DNA from: an uncultured cyanobacterium
Lineage (GTDB): Bacteria; Cyanobacteriota; Cyanobacteriia; PCC-6307; Cyanobiaceae
Reading direction: 5' to 3'
NCBI GenBank assembly: GCA_963697335.1
Contig: CAVONQ010000010.1
Span: 32,001 to 96,000, forward strand
DNA length: 64,000 bases
Of this stretch, positions 58,010 through 64,000 are shown in pieces. Both the position numbers and the translations under genes were made by a program. Below the pieces are notes generated by a model that saw nothing but the letters and a program-made list of their open reading frames with translations, was not told the DNA's origin and ran no database searches. Each line of letters starts with the position of its first letter. The stretch's first letter is position 1.

Positions 58010-60468
58010 CCCGGCCCAGGGGCCCCAGATCGGCAGCTCAGCTCAGCTTCGATCGCGGCCACGGCGATGCGGGTGCTGAGCACGGCATCGGGGTTGAGGC
58101 TGATCGAATCGATGCCCTCCTCCACCAGGAACGCGGCGAAGTCTGGATGGTCGCTGGGGGCCTGACCGCAGAGGCCGATCTTGCGGCCGCAGCGGTGGGC
58201 GGTGCGGATCGCCAGCTGGATCATCGCTTTCACCGATGCGTCGCGTTCGTCGAACAGATCCGCCACCAGGGCTGAATCGCGATCCAGCCCCAGGGTGAGC
58301 TGGGTGAGGTCGTTGGAGCCGATCGAGAAGCCATCGAAGCGCTCGGCGAAGGCCTCGGCACTGATCACGTTGCTGGGCAGCTCGCACATCACATACACCT
58401 GGAGGCCGTGCTGGCCGCGCACCAGCCCGTGCTGCGCCATTGCGGCCAACACCCGATCCCCCTCTTCGGGGGTGCGGCAGAAGGGCACCATGGGAATCAC
58501 GTTGACCAGCCCCATGGCCTCCCGCACCCGCCGCAGGGCACGGCACTCGAGACCGAACGCGTCTCGAAAGGCCGGGGCGTAGTAGCGGGAGGCGCCGCGC
58601 CAGCCGAGCATGGGGTTGTCCTCATGGGGCTCGAACGCGCTGCCGCCGAGCAGCCGGGCGTACTCGTTGCTCTTGAAGTCCGAGAAGCGCAGGATCACCG
58701 GGCGGGGGTAGAAGGCGGCGGCAAGGCGCGCCATCCCCTGGGCCAGGCGATCCACGTAGTACTCACTGGCCTCGGCATAGCCAGCGATGAGGCTGGCGAT
58801 CGCCTGCCGTTCACCTGCGTCCGTCACCCGTTCCGGCTCCAGCAGGGCCAGCGGATGCACCCGGATGTGGTTGGCAATGATGAACTCCAACCGGGCCAGC
58901 CCCACCCCGTCGCAGGGGATCGCCGCCAGCTTGAAGGCCTCCTCCGGGTTGCCCACGTTCATCAGGATCTGGGTGTGGGTGGAGGGCAGGTTGTCCAGGG
59001 GGCGCTCCTCCACGGAGAAGGGCAGGGCACCGCGGTACACCCGGCCCTGATCCCCCTCGCAGCAGCTGGCGGTCACCTCTTCTCCGTCGGGAATGCGGCG
59101 GCTGCCGTCGCCGGTGCCGACGATGGCCGTGATGCCCATCTCGCGGGCAATGATCGCCGCGTGGCAGGTGCGGCCGCCCTGGTCGGTGATCACGGCGCTG
59201 GCCCTTTTGAGGATCGGCTCCCAGTCGGGGTCAGTGCGCTCGGTGACGAGCACCTCCCCCTGGCTGAACCGAGCGATCTCGCCGGGGTGGCGGAGGATCC
59301 GGGCCCGCCCGCTGCTCACCGAGGCGCCGATCGCCCGCCCCTGGGCCAGTTGCTCGGCGCTGTGGGGAGCCAGATGCCAGGTCCGCAGCACCGCCGCTGA
59401 TCGGCGGGACTCCACCGTTTCCGGCCGGGCCTGCAGGATGTACAGGTCGCCGCTGCCGCCGTCCTTGGCCCACTCGATGTCCATGGGGGTCGGTGTTCCC
59501 CGCTGGGCGCTGTAGTGGCGCTCGATCGCACAGGCCCAGCGGGCCAGCTGCAGGGCTTCGGCGTCGCTGATGGCGAAGCGGCAGCGCTCCTGCTGTGGCA
59601 CCGGCTGGGTGAGCGTGCTGGCATGGCCGGGCTCGGGGGCGCCGGCACCGGCCGGGGGGGCGTCGGCATAGACCATCCGGATCGCCTTGCTGCCCAGGCG
59701 CCGGTGCACGATGGCGTCAAATCCCTGCTCCAGGGTTGGCTTGAAGATCAGATATTCATCGGGGTTCACCGCCCCCTGCACCACCGTTTCCCCCAGGCCG
59801 TAGGCGGCGGTGAGCAGCACCGCGTCACGGAACCCCGTCTCGGTGTCGATGCTGAACATCACGCCTGAAGCGGCCAGGTCGGAGCGCACCATCCGCTGCA
59901 CGCCGATCGAGAGGGCCACCTCCAGATGCTCGAAGCCGTGGATCTGGCGGTAGGAGATGGCCCGGTCGGTGAACAGGGAGGCGTAGCAACGCCGGCAGGC
60001 GGCCAGCAGGGCCTGTTCACCGCGCACGTTGAGGAAGGTGTCCTGCTGGCCCGCAAAGGAGGCCTGGGGCAGGTCTTCGGCCGTGGCGCTGGAGCGCACG
60101 GCCACCGCCGGGGGTTCGCCGCCGGGCTCCAGGGCCCTAAAGGCTCCGACAATCGCCTCCTGCAGGTCAGGGGGCAGGGGGGAGCCCAGCAGCAGGGCCC
60201 GGGCGGCGGCGCCTGCGGCCTGCAGCGCCCCCAGATCGCTGCTGTCGAGACCCTCCAGCAGGTCCTTGAGCTGCGGTTCGAGGTCGTTGACGGCGAGGAA
60301 GTGGCGGTAGGCGGCCGCCGTGGTGGCGAAGCCGCCGGGCACCCGCACCCCCTGGCCACCGAGTTCCCGGATCATCTCTCCGAGGGAGGCGTTCTTGCCG
60401 CCCACCTGGGGCAGGGCTTTCAGATCCACCGCTGCCAGCGGCAGCACCAGGGGGTCAGCAGGGGTCAT
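57976..60468 (-). CDS. ppsA: phosphoenolpyruvate synthase
   Basis: VGGKNASLGEM, VRSSATAEDLP, GGRTCHAAIIARE phospho-His, FSIGSNDLTQ, CGQAPSD. Confidence 0.96.
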   Translation of the reverse strand: MTPADPLVLPLAAVDLKALPQVGGKNASLGEMIRELGGQGVRVPGGFATTAAAYRHFLAVNDLEPQLKDLLEGLDSSDLGALQAAGAAARALLLGSPLPPDLQEAIVGAFRALEPGGEPPAVAVRSSATAEDLPQASFAGQQDTFLNVRGEQALLAACRRCYASLFTDRAISYRQIHGFEHLEVALSIGVQRMVRSDLAASGVMFSIDTETGFRDAVLLTAAYGLGETVVQGAVNPDEYLIFKPTLEQGFDAIVHRRLGSKAIRMVYADAPPAGAGAPEPGHASTLTQPVPQQERCRFAISDAEALQLARWACAIERHYSAQRGTPTPMDIEWAKDGGSGDLYILQARPETVESRRSAAVLRTWHLAPHSAEQLAQGRAIGASVSSGRARILRHPGEIARFSQGEVLVTERTDPDWEPILKRASAVITDQGGRTCHAAIIAREMGITAIVGTGDGSRRIPDGEEVTASCCEGDQGRVYRGALPFSVEERPLDNLPSTHTQILMNVGNPEEAFKLAAIPCDGVGLARLEFIIANHIRVHPLALLEPERVTDAGERQAIASLIAGYAEASEYYVDRLAQGMARLAAAFYPRPVILRFSDFKSNEYARLLGGSAFEPHEDNPMLGWRGASRYYAPAFRDAFGLECRALRRVREAMGLVNVIPMVPFCRTPEEGDRVLAAMAQHGLVRGQHGLQVYVMCELPSNVISAEAFAERFDGFSIGSNDLTQLTLGLDRDSALVADLFDERDASVKAMIQLAIRTAHRCGRKIGLCGQAPSDHPDFAAFLVEEGIDSISLNPDAVLSTRIAVAAIEAELSCRSGAPGPGQGSGSAGGPE

Positions 60469-60574
60469 TGGCGGCGGTGCGGCTGAGCTGAATCTGACCC
60501 GGATGGACAGTCTGCGCTCCGACTGTGAATGGGCCTAAAGACTGGGTGAGCCGGATTCCGGGTGGCACAGTGGA

Positions 60575-61072
60575 GTGATTCAGCACGCCCCACCCACGGT
60601 TTTCGTGTTCCGTTTCTCCCAGGTTTGCACCGCCCTCAGCGCGCGGACGCTTGCCACCACCGCCACATCTGTGACCACTTCCCTGGCTGTGGCGATGGCT
60701 GCAACCATCTCCCTGGCACCTGCGGCCTTGGCCCAGGCGGCCGCGGCTGGCAAGCCGGCCACGATGGAGTTGATGAACGACATGGCCCTTGCCGCCGCGG
60801 TCAACGTGTGCGAGCTCGCCGTGGAGTCCAAGGTCCCGGTGGAGAAGGCCGTGTTGTCCAACGCCAAGGCCATCACCTATGTGGTGACCAGCCGCTACGG
60901 CAGCCAGGTGGCCAACGCCGGCACCCTTCAGCCGGAGCAGATCGCCAATGGCGCGATCATTCAGGTGGTGGGCCGGGTGCGCCAGGGCTGCTACGCCAAG
61001 CTCGCCGGCGCCGACAAGAAGTTCGTCGATGAGGTGATCACCGAGTACTCGAACGCTGTCCAGAAGAAGTAG
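60575..61072 (+). CDS. hypothetical secreted protein
   Basis: Signal-like segment ending ALA; helical mature domain with two Cys; start uncertain (60575/60605/60671/60695). Confidence 0.7.
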   Translation: MIQHAPPTVFVFRFSQVCTALSARTLATTATSVTTSLAVAMAATISLAPAALAQAAAAGKPATMELMNDMALAAAVNVCELAVESKVPVEKAVLSNAKAITYVVTSRYGSQVANAGTLQPEQIANGAIIQVVGRVRQGCYAKLAGADKKFVDEVITEYSNAVQKK

Positions 61073-61084
61073 ACCTGAGGCGCT

Positions 61085-61312
61085 TCAACGCTGGTCGTCT
61101 GTTCGCTGACTGTCGCGGCTGTTCTCGGGAGCAGGCTCCGGCAGCAGCTGGGCCAGCAGGCCGGCGCCCATCAGCAGGCCGCCCAGCACGGCCGCCAGGG
61201 TGCGGTTGTCGCCCCCAGGCCCGTCACTCCACACGGCAGCGGCCATGAAGGCGCCCCCCAGCAGCAGGCTGGGCACCAGCACGATCCCCTTGGCAGTGCG
61301 ATTCAGGCTCAT
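61085..61312 (-). CDS. small membrane protein (GIVxVP family)
   Basis: NRTAKGIVLVP plus two TM helices. Confidence 0.8.
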   Translation of the reverse strand: MSLNRTAKGIVLVPSLLLGGAFMAAAVWSDGPGGDNRTLAAVLGGLLMGAGLLAQLLPEPAPENSRDSQRTDDQR

Positions 61313-61752
61313 GGACTGCTCGGGCAGTCCTCGCCTCCGACGGGGTCAGCCGTGGCCAGGCCTTGCTGCACCAGGCCGGCGCCGAGGTCCAGGGGATCTG
61401 GACCCTCTGGCGCCAGCCGGGTGACCCTGGCCAGCAGCATGCCGTCAGCCGTGCCCATCGGCCGCAGGTTGACGCGGCTGCGCCGCGGCAGTTCAGCCCG
61501 CAGCCAGTCGGCCACCCCGGCCTGGCTCTCGGGGTCAATGCGGGTGCAGGCCAGGGCCACGGTGTAACTGCGGTTGCCGTCACCCACCTGCAACTGGCCG
61601 TTGCCCCGCACCTGCAGCACCTGAGCGGCCTGGGCCACCGAGGGCCAGAGCAGCCATCCGGCCAGCGCCGCCAGCAGCAGGCTCAGAGCTTGGCGCCGCA
61701 GCTGGGGCAGAAGCGGTGGTCGCTGGCCGTGCTGATGCCGCAGCTGTTGCAT
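61309..61752 (-). CDS. thermonuclease (SNase)-like OB-fold secreted protein
   Basis: VLQVR...[32 protein letters not shown]; true start probably downstream of 61752. Confidence 0.75.
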   Translation of the reverse strand: MQQLRHQHGQRPPLLPQLRRQALSLLLAALAGWLLWPSVAQAAQVLQVRGNGQLQVGDGNRSYTVALACTRIDPESQAGVADWLRAELPRRSRVNLRPMGTADGMLLARVTRLAPEGPDPLDLGAGLVQQGLATADPVGGEDCPSSP

Positions 61753-63581
61753 TGCCTGGTGGTGTCGATGGCGAGTTCGGGGTGGGTGGGGAGCCCCACC
61801 ATCTGGGCATTACTGGCGCCCGGAGGAACCATCGGGTAGCAGTTCTCATTGCGGCGCACCTTCACGTCGATGAAGGCCGGGCCGGGGTGCTCCAGGGCTT
61901 CCCGGAGCTGCTGGTGCAGGCTGGAGCGCTCCGTGATCAACACGCCGCGCACTCCGAAAGACTCGGCCAGGGCCTCGAAGTTGGGCATCCCGCCGGTCAT
62001 CTCGGAGGCTGAATAGCGCTCGTCGTAGAAGCTCTCCTGCCACTGGCGCACCATGCCCTGCCAGCCGTTGTTGATCACCACCACCTTCACGGCCAGGTTG
62101 TACTGGGCCAGAGTGCCCAGTTCCTGGATGTTCATCAGAATGGATGCATCGCCAGCCACGCAGATCACCTGCTGGTCGGGGAAGGCGGTCTGCACGCCCA
62201 TGGCGGCAGGCATGCCGTAGCCCATGGTGCCGAGGCCGGCGCTGCTGATCCAGCGGCGCGGACCGTTGTGCAGGTACTGGGCCGCCCACATCTGATGCTG
62301 GCCCACATCGGTGGTGAAGTAGGCACTGGGGGCCAGCTCCTGCAGGGCGATGATCACCTCCTGGGGAGCGATCTCACCCTCTGGTGTCGGCGTGACCAGG
62401 GGGTAGTGGTGCTTCCAGCTGTCGATGCGCTCCAGCCAGGCCTCGGTGCGGCCCTGGGAGCGGTCGGTGCCGGAGCCGTCCACACCGGCGGCCTGGAGCA
62501 GACCTTCGAGCACCTGGCGCACGTCGCCCACCAGGGGCACATCGGGCACCCGGGTCTTGCCCACCTCAGCGGCGTCGATGTCGATGTGGATCACCTGGGC
62601 CCGGGGCGCGAAGCCATCGAGCCTGCCGGTCACCCGGTCATCGAAGCGAGCGCCGGTGGCGATCAGCAGATCGCATTCGGTCACGGCGAAGTTGGCGTAG
62701 GCGGTGCCGTGCATGCCGAGCATGCCCACGGCCAGGGGGTGGGTCTCATCGAAGGCCCCCTTGCCCATCAAGGTGGTGGTGACGGGCAGCCGGAAGGCCT
62801 CCGCCAGCTGGCGCACCTGGTCGTGGGCGCCGCTGCTGATGGCTCCACCGCCCACGTAGAGCAGGGGGCGGCGGGCCTGACGGATCAGCTCCAGGGCCTG
62901 GTGGATCCGCTCCGGATCGGGCCGGGGGGGCAGGCGGAAGCCCGCCGGAATGGCCGTGCCTGGCTCCACGGGCACGTAGTCGAACTGTTCGGCACCCACG
63001 TCCTTGGGCACGTCGATCAGCACCGGACCGGGGCGCCCGGTGGCGGCGATGAAGAAGGCCTCCGCCACGATGCGGCCGATGTCGCGGGGGTCGCGCACGA
63101 CCCAGGAGTGCTTCACGATCGGCAGCGTGATGCCGAAGATGTCGGTCTCCTGGAAGGCGTCGGTGCCGATCGAGGCCCGTGGCACCTGGCCTGTGATCAC
63201 CACCATGGGCACGGAGTCCATGTGGGCGGTGGCGATGCCCGTGACCAGGTTGGTGGCCCCGGGCCCGGAGGTGCCGAAGCACACGCCCACCTTGCCGGTG
63301 GCGCGGGCGTAGCCATCGGCGGCATGGGTGCCCCCCTGCTCGTGGCGCACCAGGATGTGCTTGAGCCAGCCGCGGCTCTCCGCCTGGTGCAGTTCGTCGT
63401 AGATGGGCAGGATCGCCCCACCGGGGTAGCCGAAGATGTGCTCCACCCCATGGCGGTGCAGGGCATCCATCAGGGCATAGCCGCCTGTCACCCGCTGGCT
63501 CAACTGGGGGCCTTCACTCACGGCCATCCCGGCCGGGGCGGGAGCGGACTGGGCCGCGGAGCTGAGGGGCGTAAGCGTCAC
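61683..63581 (-). CDS. ilvB: acetolactate synthase large subunit with C-terminal zinc ribbon
   Basis: [35 protein letters not shown]; CxxC..CxxC tail; GTG start 63581 inferred. Confidence 0.96.
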   Translation of the reverse strand: MTLTPLSSAAQSAPAPAGMAVSEGPQLSQRVTGGYALMDALHRHGVEHIFGYPGGAILPIYDELHQAESRGWLKHILVRHEQGGTHAADGYARATGKVGVCFGTSGPGATNLVTGIATAHMDSVPMVVITGQVPRASIGTDAFQETDIFGITLPIVKHSWVVRDPRDIGRIVAEAFFIAATGRPGPVLIDVPKDVGAEQFDYVPVEPGTAIPAGFRLPPRPDPERIHQALELIRQARRPLLYVGGGAISSGAHDQVRQLAEAFRLPVTTTLMGKGAFDETHPLAVGMLGMHGTAYANFAVTECDLLIATGARFDDRVTGRLDGFAPRAQVIHIDIDAAEVGKTRVPDVPLVGDVRQVLEGLLQAAGVDGSGTDRSQGRTEAWLERIDSWKHHYPLVTPTPEGEIAPQEVIIALQELAPSAYFTTDVGQHQMWAAQYLHNGPRRWISSAGLGTMGYGMPAAMGVQTAFPDQQVICVAGDASILMNIQELGTLAQYNLAVKVVVINNGWQGMVRQWQESFYDERYSASEMTGGMPNFEALAESFGVRGVLITERSSLHQQLREALEHPGPAFIDVKVRRNENCYPMVPPGASNAQMVGLPTHPELAIDTTRQCNSCGISTASDHRFCPSCGAKL

Positions 63582-63609
63582 GGCTGCAGCAGGCCCACCA
63601 ATGGGGCCA

Positions 63610-64000
63610 CTATCGGACACCAGCAACCCTAGGTGCTGCTGCGGTTTTTGGAGCTTGTCTGGCCCGGGCCATGGCCCGCAACACCTGGGCTGGATCGATC
63701 CAGCGCCCGCCGTGGCGCAACCCCCAGTGCAGGTGGGGGCCGGTGGTGCTGCCGCTCATCCCCACGTGGCCGATCACCTGGGCGGTGCGCACGCCCTGCC
63801 CCAGCCTGAGCTGCACGGCGCCACTGCGGTAGGAGCCCCCTGAGCCGCGGCCAGCCAGGTGGCAATAGATGTGCTCATAGGCCCCGGAGCGGATCACCAG
63901 GCCCACGCCGCAGCCACCGTCGTTGATCACGTCCTTCACCACGCCTCCCCACCAGCTGCGCACCGGGGAGCCCAGGGGGGCGGCGATGTCCAGACCGTAG
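63610..64000 (-). CDS. M23 family peptidase (5'-truncated by window edge)
   Basis: [26 protein letters not shown]; frame is open to the window end. Confidence 0.88.
   Translation of the reverse strand, partial: YGLDIAAPLGSPVRSWWGGVVKDVINDGGCGVGLVIRSGAYEHIYCHLAGRGSGGSYRSGAVQLRLGQGVRTAQVIGHVGMSGSTTGPHLHWGLRHGGRWIDPAQVLRAMARARQAPKTAAAPRVAGVR

Overview
GC-rich chromosomal segment of an alpha-picocyanobacterium (Cyanobium / freshwater Synechococcus type), almost all core genome. The centre is a complete alpha-carboxysome/CCM super-locus on the minus strand: csoS1D, (ham1), csoS1, cbbL, cbbS, csoS2, csoSCA, csoS4A, csoS4B, csoS1E, a ferritin-like gene, ndhF4-ndhD4-cupB, a PCD-like acRAF and cbbX. 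To the left lie dnaA, htrA, hisG, gloB, futC, ridA, ppk2 and tRNA-Pro(UGG). To the right lie por, psaM, crr6, trpF, the ado-aar-accA-SDR-folE cluster, an S1 protein, tab2, pgeF, a cryptochrome/photolyase-family gene, an AbrB-like regulator, mscS, ppsA and ilvB. I found no CRISPR array, transposase or integrase. The main observations are: (i) a cryptochrome/photolyase-family protein with Asp at the FAD-N5 position, altered lesion-pocket residues and a C-terminal QLELF beta-clamp-type motif; (ii) chlL-chlB-chlN are absent from their usual place next to por, while a second POR-like SDR is present; (iii) the first 1.25 kb downstream of tRNA-Pro looks like an island edge (9-mer direct repeats, DUF4326, long hairpin); (iv) a PliG-like secreted protein; (v) a 42-aa CxxC membrane ORF and psaM, both missing from the ORF track; (vi) several candidate regulatory repeats and hairpins. 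All family assignments come from motif recognition by eye, not database searches, and some start codons are best guesses.
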